The position numbers and the translations under genes were made by a program. This document shows positions 11,329-21,385 of a stretch of 64,000 nt of DNA, in pieces. Source of the stretch: Bdellovibrionales bacterium (GTDB taxonomy: Bacteria > Bdellovibrionota > UBA1018 > CAIMNF01); assembly GCA_040380025.1 (NCBI GenBank), contig JBEIJY010000008.1, positions 30,710 through 94,709 of the forward strand. Direction: 5' to 3'. Position 1 is the stretch's first letter. Each line of letters opens with the position of its first letter. The notes beneath the pieces were generated by a model. That model ran no database searches. It worked only from the letters and a program-made list of their open reading frames with translations, and had not been told where the DNA came from.

Positions 11329-12182
11329 CGGAACAGCTTGCACCCGCTGACGGCAAGATCGAGTTTTCCGTCCCGGTTCAAACACGAATAGAGAACATAG
11401 GTCTGATCGCCGTAGCTCCGGCCTTTTTCGGCATACACCTCGCCCGACTCCGAGACCTCGCAGGGATTGTTCATCGTGCACCGTTCACCCCGGTCACTGC
11501 CCGTGCTGTTGATCCCCACCACCAGACGCGTTCGTTGATTCAAAATCGGCGAACCCGACGTTCCGTGAATGGTCGGACACCCGCCCTTCGAGTACCTCAT
11601 CGAGTCACGGCTCACATAGCTGGCCTCGCGAAGCTCATAAACAAACCGGTCGATCGAGCAGCTGTATCCTTTTCTCCAGTAGCCCGAGAGGATCTCGATC
11701 GCTTCACCCTGAACGGGCCGGTTCGCGTCGAGCAATAGCGCCTCGACCTTGAAGCGGCGCCGGATCTGTTCGTAGCTCTCGGAGAGCGCGTAAATCGCAA
11801 CGTCATTCCAGGTGATCGTGGCGTAGATCAGCTCGGTCGCGGCGACCTCCCCGACCTGGATCGAGCCGTCGCGATCCAGAAGCTGAAAGGTCCGCTTCGC
11901 GGGCTGGCGGTACAAAAAACGGTTCGCGGGCATCATCCCGCCCCCGACACTCACACAGTGACCGTTCGTCATCACCAGCCCCGGATCGGATTCCTTCGCA
12001 CCCTGAAACCGCACGAGCGATCCCGAACAGTTCGAGAGCTTCACGATCCCGCGAAAATCATATCCGGCATCGGAATCGAAGACCCGCAGGGCCTCGGCCG
12101 GATTGTATTCAAGCCGGGTCGGGAATGCGTTGGCATCGACACCCGCAAAAAACGCCAGAATCACTGCGATCATGCCTCTCAT
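11319..12182 (-). CDS. Secreted trypsin-like serine protease
   Basis: Signal peptide; CSGSL, TNGHC (His), ND.AIY (Asp), GTSGSP (Ser); AAGGAG SD before ATG 12182. Confidence 0.85.
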   Translation of the reverse strand: MRGMIAVILAFFAGVDANAFPTRLEYNPAEALRVFDSDAGYDFRGIVKLSNCSGSLVRFQGAKESDPGLVMTNGHCVSVGGGMMPANRFLYRQPAKRTFQLLDRDGSIQVGEVAATELIYATITWNDVAIYALSESYEQIRRRFKVEALLLDANRPVQGEAIEILSGYWRKGYSCSIDRFVYELREASYVSRDSMRYSKGGCPTIHGTSGSPILNQRTRLVVGINSTGSDRGERCTMNNPCEVSESGEVYAEKGRSYGDQTYVLYSCLNRDGKLDLAVSGCKLFRQQ

Positions 12183-12312
12183 GGAATCTCCTTTTCGAAA
12201 GTGTCCCGAAGAGCCACGGGTTTGACAATCAAATAAAACGAAAACCATTGCTGATCGGACAGAAAAACTCCACTCCACATTTTCGGCCGGATACCGTATC
12301 TCTAAGTCCCCT

Positions 12313-13302
12313 ATGAACAAAACGATCAGTGCCGCCATCACCGCCGTGGGCGGATTCGTTCCGGAGTACCGCCTCACCAACCTCGAACTCGAGAAAATGG
12401 TCGATACCACGGACGAATGGATCCGGACCCGCACCGGCATCGAGGAGCGAAGGATCCTGAAAGGCGAAGGCCTTGCCACTTCCGACATGATTGTTCCGGT
12501 CGTTCACGAGGTCTGCAAAAAACGCGGAATCACCCCCGCTGAAATCGATTGCCTGATCGTGGGTACGGTGACTCCAGACCTGCCCTTCCCCTCGACCGCG
12601 AACATCGTCTGCGACAAGGCCGGCATGACCAATGCCTGGGGATTCGACCTTTCGGCCGCCTGCTCGGGATTCTTGTACGCGCTCACCACGGGCGCCTCGC
12701 TGATCGAAAGCGGACGCTACAAAAAAGTACTGGTTGTGGGCGCCGACAAAATGAGTTCGATCATCGACTATCAGGACCGCAATACCTGCATCATTTTCGG
12801 GGACGGCGCGGGCGGAGTGCTTCTTGAGCCGAACCATGAAGGATTCGGCGTGCGGGACAGCATCCTGAAGAGCGACGGATCGGGCCGAAAGCACCTGCGC
12901 ATGGATGCGGGCGGATCCCTTCTTCCCGCCTCGCACGAAACCGTCGAGAAGAAACAGCATTTCGTCTATCAGGAAGGCGCGGCCGTTTACAAGTTCGCCG
13001 TGAAAGGAATGGCCGATGCCGTCGAGGAACTGATGGCCCGGAACAACCTGAGCGCCGATCAGGTGGCTTGGCTTGTGCCCCATCAGGCGAATATCCGCAT
13101 CATCGAATCGACCGCACAGCGAGCCGGAATGCCGATGGAAAAAGTCATGCTGAACATCCAGCGCTACGGAAACACCACCGCGGGAACGCTTCCGCTTTGC
13201 CTTTGGGACTGGGAATCGCGCCTGAAGAAGGGCGATCTGCTGATTCTTGCGGCGTTCGGCGGCGGATTCACCTGGGGCGCGACCCTCGTCAAGTGGGGTT
13301 AG
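12313..13302 (+). CDS. fabH: Beta-ketoacyl-ACP synthase III
   Basis: AACSGF, FGDGAG, PHQAN.RII, YGNT, FGGGFTWG. Confidence 0.95.
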   Translation: MNKTISAAITAVGGFVPEYRLTNLELEKMVDTTDEWIRTRTGIEERRILKGEGLATSDMIVPVVHEVCKKRGITPAEIDCLIVGTVTPDLPFPSTANIVCDKAGMTNAWGFDLSAACSGFLYALTTGASLIESGRYKKVLVVGADKMSSIIDYQDRNTCIIFGDGAGGVLLEPNHEGFGVRDSILKSDGSGRKHLRMDAGGSLLPASHETVEKKQHFVYQEGAAVYKFAVKGMADAVEELMARNNLSADQVAWLVPHQANIRIIESTAQRAGMPMEKVMLNIQRYGNTTAGTLPLCLWDWESRLKKGDLLILAAFGGGFTWGATLVKWG

Positions 13303-16300
13303 CCGCACCCCATGCTGCTTCCGCAGTGAAGGCACCGAAAACAAGCCCCTGCTCTCACCGTCTTGTGCCCGCAGGAATCGCACTCGGGCGCATCCCTGGT
13401 GAGCGTGCGGAGCAGGTCATCGATGGCATCGCCAGTGCCGTCCATTTTATCAGTGCTCTCAATCCGGCCGATTTTCGCGCCTCCCGGCACATGAGCAAGA
13501 TCGCTCCACCCGAGGTACTCGACCCCTAGGGTGCGGAACACATAATCGATGAGCGAAGTCGCCATGCGCAGATTCGGATGCCCCTGAACCACTCCCGCCG
13601 GCTCAAACTGCGTGAAGGCGAACCGCCGGACCCACTCCTCGAGGGGAATTCCGTATTGGAGCCCGAGACTCACCGCGATCGAAAAACAGGCAAGAAGCGC
13701 GCGGTATTCCGGGTCGGCGTTTTCGAGATCCAAGAACAACTCGCCAGGTTTTCCGTCCGCGTACTCACCGGTCCGAAGATAAATCTTTCTTTCGCCGACC
13801 ACGGCTTCGATCGTGATCCCTTTTCGTTTCACAGGCAGCCGGTGCCGAACCGCGGCCGGCGTTGCCTCCGCACCTGCACTTGTGCCGAGCGGTTGGGAGG
13901 CCTTGCATCCGTCCCGGTAAATCGCGATCGATTTCAACCCCATCTTCCAGGCCTGAAGATGGATTTCCTCGACCTCCCCGACCGTGGTCGATTCCGGCAG
14001 ATTCACGGTCTTCGAAATCGCACCCGATAAAAACGGCTGAACCGCCGCCATCATCGCCAGATGTCCGTGCGGGGCGATGAAGCGGGCTCCTTTCGGTCCG
14101 CACCGGTTCGCACAGTCAAAGACCGCAAGATCGCGCGCCTGCAATCCGGGAGCGCCTTCGAGGGTCATGAGTCCGCAAATCATCTCGTTCGCCTCTTCGA
14201 TCTCTGAGTCCGAAAACCCGAGATGCTTCAGGATCCCGCGTCCGGTGCCCCCGGCGATTCCGAGGCGGTTCAGGGTCTCGACGCCAAGACGCTCCGGAGA
14301 AAACGCATCGGCAAGATGAAACACCGAAGAAAGCTCCGCCTCGATGCGCGAAATTTCCTCTGGCCTTAAGCCCCGCTCCGTCAAGGTCTGCGCATTGAAC
14401 CGGGCCGTCCCGCGAGTAAGAGTAAGCGTGCCGAGCAAGTATTCCATCATCGGCCCTCGCTCGCTCTCGCGATAGCCGAGCGTACGAAGCGCGGCTTCGA
14501 CCGAGCGGTTCACAATTTTGAGAGCACCGCCCCCGGCGAGCTTCTTGAATTTCACCAGCGCGAAATCCGGTTCGATTCCCGTGGTGTCGCAATCCATGAG
14601 GAGCCCGATCGTACCGGTCGGAGCGAGTACCGTGACCTGGGCATTCCGGAATCCGGATTTCTTCCCCGCCTCCCATGCCCGTTTCCACGATGCTTTCGCG
14701 ATCCTCGCGAGTTCCTGCGCGTCCGGAAGGTCATCGGCCGCCCGGACATGGCGTTCGATCACGCCGAGCATGGATTCGCGATTCTCGGTGAATCCTTCAA
14801 AATGCCCGAGCACCGCCGCGATCTCGGCACTCACCGAATAGGCCTCCCCCGTAAGAAGCGCCGTCACGGCCGAAGCGAGCTCGCGACCTTCGCGCGAATC
14901 GTACGGAATTCCCTTCGACATCAAGAGCGCGCCGAGATTCGCATAGCCGAGTCCGAGCGGCCGGAAACGATGGGAGTTCCGGGCGATGCTCTCGGTGGGA
15001 TATCCCGACATTCCGACCAGGATCTCCTGTGCGGTCAGCAGGATCCGGATCGCATGACAAAACCGGATGGCATCGAATCCGCCCTGACCATCCAAAAACC
15101 GGAGCAGATTGAGCGAGGCAAGATTGCAGGCGGTATCGTCCAGAAACATGAACTCCGAGCACGGATTCGAAGCCCGGATCGGTGCCGTTGTCTTGCAGGT
15201 GTGCCAAGCCTGGATCGTCGAATCGAATTGGATTCCAGGATCGGCGCAGGCCCAGGCCGCCTCGGCGATCTCGCGCCAGATGGCCCGCGCGCGGAAGGTC
15301 TCGACCACCGAGCCATCGGTCCGACCACGGGTCTCCCAGCTTCCGTCCTCGAGAACCGCACGAAGGAACTCATCCCGGATGCGAACCGAGTTGTTCGAAT
15401 TCTGCCCCGAAACCGTGCGATACGCCTCGCCGTTGAAGTCAGGAGAATACCCCTGCGCAATCAGCGCTTTGGCCTTCGCTTCTTCTTTCGCCTTCCAGCG
15501 AATGAAATCCAGGATCTCGGGGTGATCCATGTCGAGGCATACCATCTTGGCCGCGCGCCGCGTGGTGCCTCCCGACTTGGTCGCGCCCGCGCCCCGGTCC
15601 AAAACCTCCAAAAACGCGAGAAGCCCCGAGGAAAATCCGCCCCCCGAAAGTCGCTCCTGTTTTCCCCGGAGTTTCGAAAAATTCGTGCCGGTTCCGGAGC
15701 CGTACTTGAAGAGCCGAGCCTCGTTCTTCGCCAGATCAAACACCGACATCAGGTCATCCTCGACCGACTGGATGAAACACGCGGAAGCTTGCGGGTGCTC
15801 GAAGGCATTCAGAACGGGAACGACTTTCGCCCCGATCGGATCATACCGGAAGCCGCCCTCCCCGCCCCGGATTCCGTACTCCTCGAACAGGCCGACATTG
15901 AACCAAACCGGCGAATTGAAGGCCGCCATCTGATGCAGAAGCAGATACTGAAGCTCGGCTTCGAACACCCGCGCATCCTCGCCCGAGAGCAAGCCTTGTT
16001 GCTCTCCTTGTCTGCGAATCGCACGCGTGATCCGGCCGATCACCTGACGGATGGAATCCTCGAAGCCCTTACCGGGGACACCGGCGCGACGAAAATATTT
16101 CGATGCAAGAATGTCGACTGCAAGCTGGGACCAGCCCTCGGGAACCTCGATGTTCTCCATCTCGAAGACCGGTCGCCCTTCGGCATCGCGAATCGAGGAG
16201 CGACCCCGGCGATACCGGACAGACTGAAAGGGGTCCTTCCCCGGTTCGGTATGAATCCGGGGGATCGGAAAGCGGACTGGCTTTTTTCGAGAAGACCGGT

Positions 16301-16310
16301 ACGTCCTCAT
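13299..16310 (-). CDS. nrdJ: Class II (adenosylcobalamin-dependent) ribonucleotide reductase
   Basis: NSPVWFN, SACFI, TRRAAKM, SNPCSE, CNLAS.NL, APTGTI, SGAISKT, C-terminal Cys pairs. Confidence 0.93.
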   Translation of the reverse strand: MRTYRSSRKKPVRFPIPRIHTEPGKDPFQSVRYRRGRSSIRDAEGRPVFEMENIEVPEGWSQLAVDILASKYFRRAGVPGKGFEDSIRQVIGRITRAIRRQGEQQGLLSGEDARVFEAELQYLLLHQMAAFNSPVWFNVGLFEEYGIRGGEGGFRYDPIGAKVVPVLNAFEHPQASACFIQSVEDDLMSVFDLAKNEARLFKYGSGTGTNFSKLRGKQERLSGGGFSSGLLAFLEVLDRGAGATKSGGTTRRAAKMVCLDMDHPEILDFIRWKAKEEAKAKALIAQGYSPDFNGEAYRTVSGQNSNNSVRIRDEFLRAVLEDGSWETRGRTDGSVVETFRARAIWREIAEAAWACADPGIQFDSTIQAWHTCKTTAPIRASNPCSEFMFLDDTACNLASLNLLRFLDGQGGFDAIRFCHAIRILLTAQEILVGMSGYPTESIARNSHRFRPLGLGYANLGALLMSKGIPYDSREGRELASAVTALLTGEAYSVSAEIAAVLGHFEGFTENRESMLGVIERHVRAADDLPDAQELARIAKASWKRAWEAGKKSGFRNAQVTVLAPTGTIGLLMDCDTTGIEPDFALVKFKKLAGGGALKIVNRSVEAALRTLGYRESERGPMMEYLLGTLTLTRGTARFNAQTLTERGLRPEEISRIEAELSSVFHLADAFSPERLGVETLNRLGIAGGTGRGILKHLGFSDSEIEEANEMICGLMTLEGAPGLQARDLAVFDCANRCGPKGARFIAPHGHLAMMAAVQPFLSGAISKTVNLPESTTVGEVEEIHLQAWKMGLKSIAIYRDGCKASQPLGTSAGAEATPAAVRHRLPVKRKGITIEAVVGERKIYLRTGEYADGKPGELFLDLENADPEYRALLACFSIAVSLGLQYGIPLEEWVRRFAFTQFEPAGVVQGHPNLRMATSLIDYVFRTLGVEYLGWSDLAHVPGGAKIGRIESTDKMDGTGDAIDDLLRTLTRDAPECDSCGHKTVRAGACFRCLHCGSSMGCG

Positions 16311-16318
16311 GCACTTTC

Positions 16319-16327
16319 ATTATACCA
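16319..16327 (-). promoter_or_regulatory. Extended -10 element (TGGTATAAT) 8 nt before nrdJ ATG
   Basis: Consensus TGnTATAAT on the minus strand; no SD between it and the start codon. Confidence 0.6.
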
Positions 16328-16367
16328 CATTGGAATTTGCGGGAGCTCTGCGCTAGCATTTCGGATC

Positions 16368-17780
16368 ATGAAATCCATCGTGCTCGTTCTTCTTCTTTTT
16401 GCCCGCTTCAGTCCTGCTCTTGCCGATGACTTGGTGTTTCCGGAGAACTTCGTATTCGGCGTTGCCACCGCACCGGGGCACGCCGAGAACGGGCTTGATG
16501 ACATTTGGCTGGATTGGGCACGGGCCGGGAACATCCGCGCGTACTCGAACCACGCGGACCCAGAAAAACGCCTGAACACCTGGAGCGATCCCGAAACCGA
16601 GATCCGGCTCTACGAACAGCTCGGCCTTCAGGCCGTTCGCCTCGGGGTCGACTGGGGCCGGGTCATGCCAACGAAGGACCGCTTCGATGAGGCCGCGATT
16701 GCCCGATACCGCTCCATCCTTCGCACCATTCGGAGCAAGAATCTCAAGATCATGCTCTCCCTCTTCCATCACTCCGTGCCGAAGTGGGTACAAAACCAGG
16801 GGGGCTGGAAAAACCCAGAAACCTCAGAGGATTTCATCCGGTTTTCGAAAAAAATCATTTCTGAATTCCGGGGTGAGGTCGACTGGTGGATCACCTTCAA
16901 CGAGCCGCAGGTGTTTGCGCTTCTGGCGTATCAGGCGGGACTCTGGCCCCCGGGAGAAACCGATGGTCCGATGTCGCTTCTGGATCTTCCCTTCTATCGC
17001 GGCAAAACCGTGAAAGCCGTCCTGAACATGGCGGCCGCCCACCGGGGGGTCTATGATTCCGTCCATCGTGATCATCCCGGAATCAGAATCGGAGTCGCCC
17101 AGCACTTCGGGGATCACCGGGGAGCGAGCCTGATTGGAAAGATTCTTGCAAGCTTCACCGGGCGATTCATGAACTGGTTTTTTCTGGAACAGATCCGGGG
17201 AAAGATGGATTTCATCGGAATGAATTATTACGGCGCAGAGTGGATCAGCGCCCGAGGCGTTGAGATTTTGAAAGAGGAGGAATATTCCGAGGCCGGACGG
17301 GCCGTTCATCCTGCGGGGCTTGCGCGGCTCATGAAGGAGGCGCACTCGCGATTTCAACTCCCCGTCCTGATCACCGAGAACGGCATCGCCGATTCGACCG
17401 ACTGGATCCGGCCGGCGTACCTCTCGGAACACCTCGCGGCCGTTCACGATGCCCTCTCGGCCGGAGTCCCCGTGCAGGGATACTTTCTTTGGACCCTGAG
17501 CGACAACCTCGAGTGGACCGACGGATATTGCCCGAAATTCGGCTTGGTGGAGGTGAACCGGAGCGAAAACCTGAAGCGCACCCCCCGCGGGAGCTTCGGG
17601 CTCTACTCGCGGATCGTGAAGTCAAAAACACTTTCGGCCGATGACAGGGGACGGGCTTGGGCGGAGTACCAGTCCCATGTCGGACAAACCCGGCCATTCT
17701 GCCGGGCGCCGGACGGCAAGAACGGGCTGGACGTTCCCGTGGATCGCATCATCCCCTCCCGCGATTGGAGATTCCGTTGA
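16368..17780 (+). CDS. Glycoside hydrolase family 1 with signal peptide, SFR2-like
   Basis: TFNEP and ITENG catalytic Glu motifs, NYYG, DN.EW..GY; true start at 16368 (upstream part of the 1010-aa ORF is antisense to nrdJ). Confidence 0.9.
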   Translation: MKSIVLVLLLFARFSPALADDLVFPENFVFGVATAPGHAENGLDDIWLDWARAGNIRAYSNHADPEKRLNTWSDPETEIRLYEQLGLQAVRLGVDWGRVMPTKDRFDEAAIARYRSILRTIRSKNLKIMLSLFHHSVPKWVQNQGGWKNPETSEDFIRFSKKIISEFRGEVDWWITFNEPQVFALLAYQAGLWPPGETDGPMSLLDLPFYRGKTVKAVLNMAAAHRGVYDSVHRDHPGIRIGVAQHFGDHRGASLIGKILASFTGRFMNWFFLEQIRGKMDFIGMNYYGAEWISARGVEILKEEEYSEAGRAVHPAGLARLMKEAHSRFQLPVLITENGIADSTDWIRPAYLSEHLAAVHDALSAGVPVQGYFLWTLSDNLEWTDGYCPKFGLVEVNRSENLKRTPRGSFGLYSRIVKSKTLSADDRGRAWAEYQSHVGQTRPFCRAPDGKNGLDVPVDRIIPSRDWRFR

Positions 17781-19885
17781 TCGAGTCGGAACCCGTCAGA
17801 TCCGTGACGACGCTCCGTCCTCCCGCTCAAGGCGCCGCCCCTCCTGACCGAAAAGAACTCGTGGGAGAAAAAGACCTTTTTTTGAATCGCGATCTCAGTT
17901 GGCTTGAGTTCAATGCGCGCGTTCTCCATGAGTCGCTCGATGGTCGCACTCCTTTGTTCGAGCGCCTGCGGTTTCTCGGGATTTTTCAGAACAACCTCGA
18001 CGAATACTTCATGAAGCGGATGGGATCCCTCTACTCGCATGCGCGGGTGAACTTCCGGGAGCGCTTGATTCCTCTCCTTCGCGAGGCCGAGCAGTGCTAT
18101 CATAAATCGCTGAAACCCGCCCTGGCCGAGGGAGGGATCCTCCTCCTCCAATGGGGAGAACTCTCGGATGACGAAAAATCACGGGCAAACGCGCTCTATG
18201 AGCACCAGATTTTTCCGGTGCTCACTCCGTTCGCTGTCGATTCCGGGCATCCCTTTCCGTTCCTCTCGAACCTCTCGATCTCTCTCGGCGTGACCCTCCG
18301 GAACCCCGAACGCGAGGACGATACCCAGTTCGCACGGCTCAAGATTCCGAATTTCTTCCCCCAGTGGCTCCGGGTCGACGGAAAAAAAGACCCCCGCCAC
18401 GCGCGATTCGTCTCGATTCTCGAGGTGATCACGGCCAATCTTCCTGCGCTGTTTCCCGGCATGGAGATCCTCGATGCGATGCCCTTCCGGATCACGCGGA
18501 ACACGAATATCGATCACGATGAGGACGGTACCGACGATCTCCTCGAGCAGATCTCGGAAGAACTGAAAGAGCGGAAATTCGGCGATGTCGTGCGCCTCGA
18601 ATACCGGGGACAGGGGAATCCGATGATCCTCGACATGCTTCGCGACGAACTCCATCTCGACGAGGACCAGATTTACGGAGTCGAAGGACTTCTCGAATAC
18701 ACCTCGCTGAAGCCCGTGCTCGAGCTGGCGCGACCGGAGTTCAAGTATGAACCCTGGGTTCCGGTTCCGCCCGCGGCACTCCCGGACCCGGACCGCGACA
18801 TCTTCCAGGCGATCCGACAACACGACATCCTCGTCCATCATCCCTACGAAAGTTTCGCGGGCTCGGTCGAACGCTTCGTGCGGGCCGCGGTGAACGACCC
18901 CAAGGTCGTCGCGATCAAGATGACCCTGTATCGCGTGGGTGCCGAGAGTCCGCTCATTCCGCTCCTCGTCCGCGCGGCGGAACTGGGAAAAACCGTGGTT
19001 TGCCTGGTCGAACTGAAAGCCCGCTTTGACGAGGAAAAAAACATCCTGGTCGCGCAGAATCTCGAAGATGCGGGAATCCATGTCGTGTACGGAGTATCCG
19101 GGCTGAAGACCCACTGCAAACTGACCCTCGTCGTGCGACAGGAAGGCGAGGAAATGCGGAGCTACTGCCACATCGGCACCGGGAATTATCATGCGGTCAC
19201 GTCGAGACTCTACACCGACTTCGGACTCTTCACTGCGCAAAAGGAGATCGCGAATGATGTGGTGAATCTGTTTCACTACCTGACCGGAAAATCCCTGAAG
19301 AAAGACTACCTGAAGCTCCTGGTCGCCCCGGTGGCGATGAAAGAGCGGTTCCTCAAGATGATCCACCGCGAGCTCGTGGAGGCGAAGAAGGGAAACCCTG
19401 CGCGCATCATCGCCAAGATGAACAGTCTCGATGACCGCGAGATCATCCAAGCGCTGTATGACGCCTCGTGTGCGGGAGTGGAGATCGACCTGATCGTGCG
19501 CGGATTCTGCTGTCTCCGCCCCGGAGTGCCGGGACTCTCCGCAAACATCCGCGTGTTCTCGGTGATCGGACGGTTCCTCGAACACTCGCGGGTGTTTTAC
19601 TTCCGCGCGGGAGCGAAAACCGCGCTCAACGGCGACTTCCTGCTCGGTTCGGCCGACTGGATGCACCGAAACCTCCAGGCCCGGGTCGAAACGATCACTC
19701 CGGTCACGGATCCTTCGCAAAAAGACCGGATCCTGGAGTTCCTTGAAATCCTGATCGATGACCACCGCCAGGGTTGGGAGATGAAGCCGGATGGCACCTA
19801 CTGGAAAAGGAAAGTGAAGAACCCGAAAAAGGATCTCGGCACCCACATGACCCTGATGCACAAGGCGCGCACGCGGAGCTCCTGA
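17777..19885 (+). CDS. ppk1: Polyphosphate kinase 1
   Basis: NRDLSWLEFN.RVL, HPFPF, HHPYESF, ELKARFDE, LKTHCK, GRFLEHSR, SADWM.RN; start (TTG 17777) approximate. Confidence 0.95.
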   Translation: MIESEPVRSVTTLRPPAQGAAPPDRKELVGEKDLFLNRDLSWLEFNARVLHESLDGRTPLFERLRFLGIFQNNLDEYFMKRMGSLYSHARVNFRERLIPLLREAEQCYHKSLKPALAEGGILLLQWGELSDDEKSRANALYEHQIFPVLTPFAVDSGHPFPFLSNLSISLGVTLRNPEREDDTQFARLKIPNFFPQWLRVDGKKDPRHARFVSILEVITANLPALFPGMEILDAMPFRITRNTNIDHDEDGTDDLLEQISEELKERKFGDVVRLEYRGQGNPMILDMLRDELHLDEDQIYGVEGLLEYTSLKPVLELARPEFKYEPWVPVPPAALPDPDRDIFQAIRQHDILVHHPYESFAGSVERFVRAAVNDPKVVAIKMTLYRVGAESPLIPLLVRAAELGKTVVCLVELKARFDEEKNILVAQNLEDAGIHVVYGVSGLKTHCKLTLVVRQEGEEMRSYCHIGTGNYHAVTSRLYTDFGLFTAQKEIANDVVNLFHYLTGKSLKKDYLKLLVAPVAMKERFLKMIHRELVEAKKGNPARIIAKMNSLDDREIIQALYDASCAGVEIDLIVRGFCCLRPGVPGLSANIRVFSVIGRFLEHSRVFYFRAGAKTALNGDFLLGSADWMHRNLQARVETITPVTDPSQKDRILEFLEILIDDHRQGWEMKPDGTYWKRKVKNPKKDLGTHMTLMHKARTRSS

Positions 19886-19894
19886 GAAGGAAAA

Positions 19895-21385
19895 TCAATC
19901 CTTCGCCACAAACTCGTGGTTCTTGTTGTAGGTGAAGAACCGCTTCCGGCCTTCGACTTCGGTCTCGATATGGATCGGCCGGGTCCAGATCTGGAAAATC
20001 GAACGCATGGTCTCGCGCGCGTATTTCAAATCGAGATCCGCGCCCTGGTGGCGGTGGATGAGCAGAAGCTCGCCGCGGTTCTCGAAATTGGCGTCAAACA
20101 CCGAAATATGCGGCTGTCCCTGATTCGTGAGCGAGGTCAGGAGCTTCTCTTTCACCGTCCGGAAATTCCGGTCGGTGATCTCGTACTGCCCGGTCCGGCG
20201 ATTGTATTCGTAGGTGTAGAGCCGGAAGCGATCCACGAACTCGGGGGTAAGGTACTCGTCGATGAACGTGACGTCGTTGCACACCTTCCGGACCTCGAAC
20301 ATCTTCTGCCGGCCGAGACCGGTTTTTTTGTCCCAGTTCGCGCGCTCGCGAAGATCGGCGCAATCATCGTACTGTTTGCCGAACCGACCCTTGTTCCAGC
20401 GCTCCTCGATGTCACGGAACAACTCGATTCCGATCTTGTAGGGATTGATCCTTCCGGGCGCCATCGCGGTCACGCCCGCGTGATGGTCGGCGAAATCGAT
20501 GATCTCGTGATCGCGGATCGCCTTCTTGGTCATGATCTCGGAGTGCCAGTAGGAGGCCCAGCCCTCGTTCATGATTTTCGTCTGCATCTGGGGAATGAAG
20601 TAATACGCCTCGTCCCGGACAATCCGGATCACATCCCTTTGCCACTCCTTCAAGGGCGCATGGGTCATCAGGAACAACAAAATATCCCTGGACGGCGCCG
20701 CCGGAAACATCTGGCTCCGCTTCGCCTGATCCTCGGCCCTCTTCTTTTGCTCTTCGACAAATTCGGGCGGATTGATGAATTTGTCCATGTAGGATCGTTC
20801 GACCTTGATCTTCCCCACCTCGCGGGCGCGGGGCTCTTCTTCTTCCTTTTTTTGCGACTTCGGCTGCTCGAAGGGAAGATTCGGATCGATCAGGTTGTCG
20901 AGACTCAGGCAGACATCGATGAATCCCTCGACCGCATCCTGCCCGTAATCGTCCATGTACCGGCGAACCCGCACCGCATGATTCGCCATGGTGTCGAGCA
21001 TCTTCCGGTTGGTTTTCGAGAACCAGTAGTTGTTCTTGAAAAAATCGACATGCCCGTACACATGGGCCATGACCATCTTCTGATCGACATGCGAGTTCGA
21101 GCTCATGAGGTAGGCGTAGGCGGGATTGGTGTTGATCACCATCTCGTAGATCTTCGAAAGCCCCCATTCATAGCCCTTCGAGTACTGGTCGTAATTCATC
21201 CCGAAGCGCCAATGAGGGTACCGAACCGGAAATCCCTCCTGGGCCGCAAGCGAGTTGATCGCATCCGAAGGGACCATCTCGAAGATCGTCTCGAAGAAAT
21301 CGAGACCGAACCCTTCGGCGTATCCGCGGATCTCCTCCTGGAGCCGGGCGAGCTCCAACGGCAACTGTGTCGAGCGCATTCCCAT
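19895..21385 (-). CDS. spoVR: SpoVR/YcgB family protein
   Basis: P.RYPHWRFG, YE.VINTNP, AHVYGH.DFFKNN, TKIMNEGWASYWH, NPYK.G. Confidence 0.93.
   Translation of the reverse strand: MGMRSTQLPLELARLQEEIRGYAEGFGLDFFETIFEMVPSDAINSLAAQEGFPVRYPHWRFGMNYDQYSKGYEWGLSKIYEMVINTNPAYAYLMSSNSHVDQKMVMAHVYGHVDFFKNNYWFSKTNRKMLDTMANHAVRVRRYMDDYGQDAVEGFIDVCLSLDNLIDPNLPFEQPKSQKKEEEEPRAREVGKIKVERSYMDKFINPPEFVEEQKKRAEDQAKRSQMFPAAPSRDILLFLMTHAPLKEWQRDVIRIVRDEAYYFIPQMQTKIMNEGWASYWHSEIMTKKAIRDHEIIDFADHHAGVTAMAPGRINPYKIGIELFRDIEERWNKGRFGKQYDDCADLRERANWDKKTGLGRQKMFEVRKVCNDVTFIDEYLTPEFVDRFRLYTYEYNRRTGQYEITDRNFRTVKEKLLTSLTNQGQPHISVFDANFENRGELLLIHRHQGADLDLKYARETMRSIFQIWTRPIHIETEVEGRKRFFTYNKNHEFVAKD

Noticed and set aside
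13299..16310. Intein or intron in NrdJ (also considered for the helicase)
   Set aside because: No C...HN/C splice motifs or homing endonuclease signatures; lengths fit the families
14748..16367. 540-aa N-terminal extension making a 1010-aa GH1 ORF
   Set aside because: Lies antisense to nrdJ; a clear signal peptide begins at ATG 16368; stop-free antisense frames are common at this GC content
16311..16367. Cobalamin riboswitch or NrdR box upstream of nrdJ
   Set aside because: Spacer is only 57 bp, too short for the riboswitch; no convincing NrdR palindrome
18179..19861. Long antisense ORFs (also 489-1934, 19916-21514, 26579-28477, 43359-44996, 59752-61164)
   Set aside because: Mirror frames of well-supported genes with no recognisable motifs
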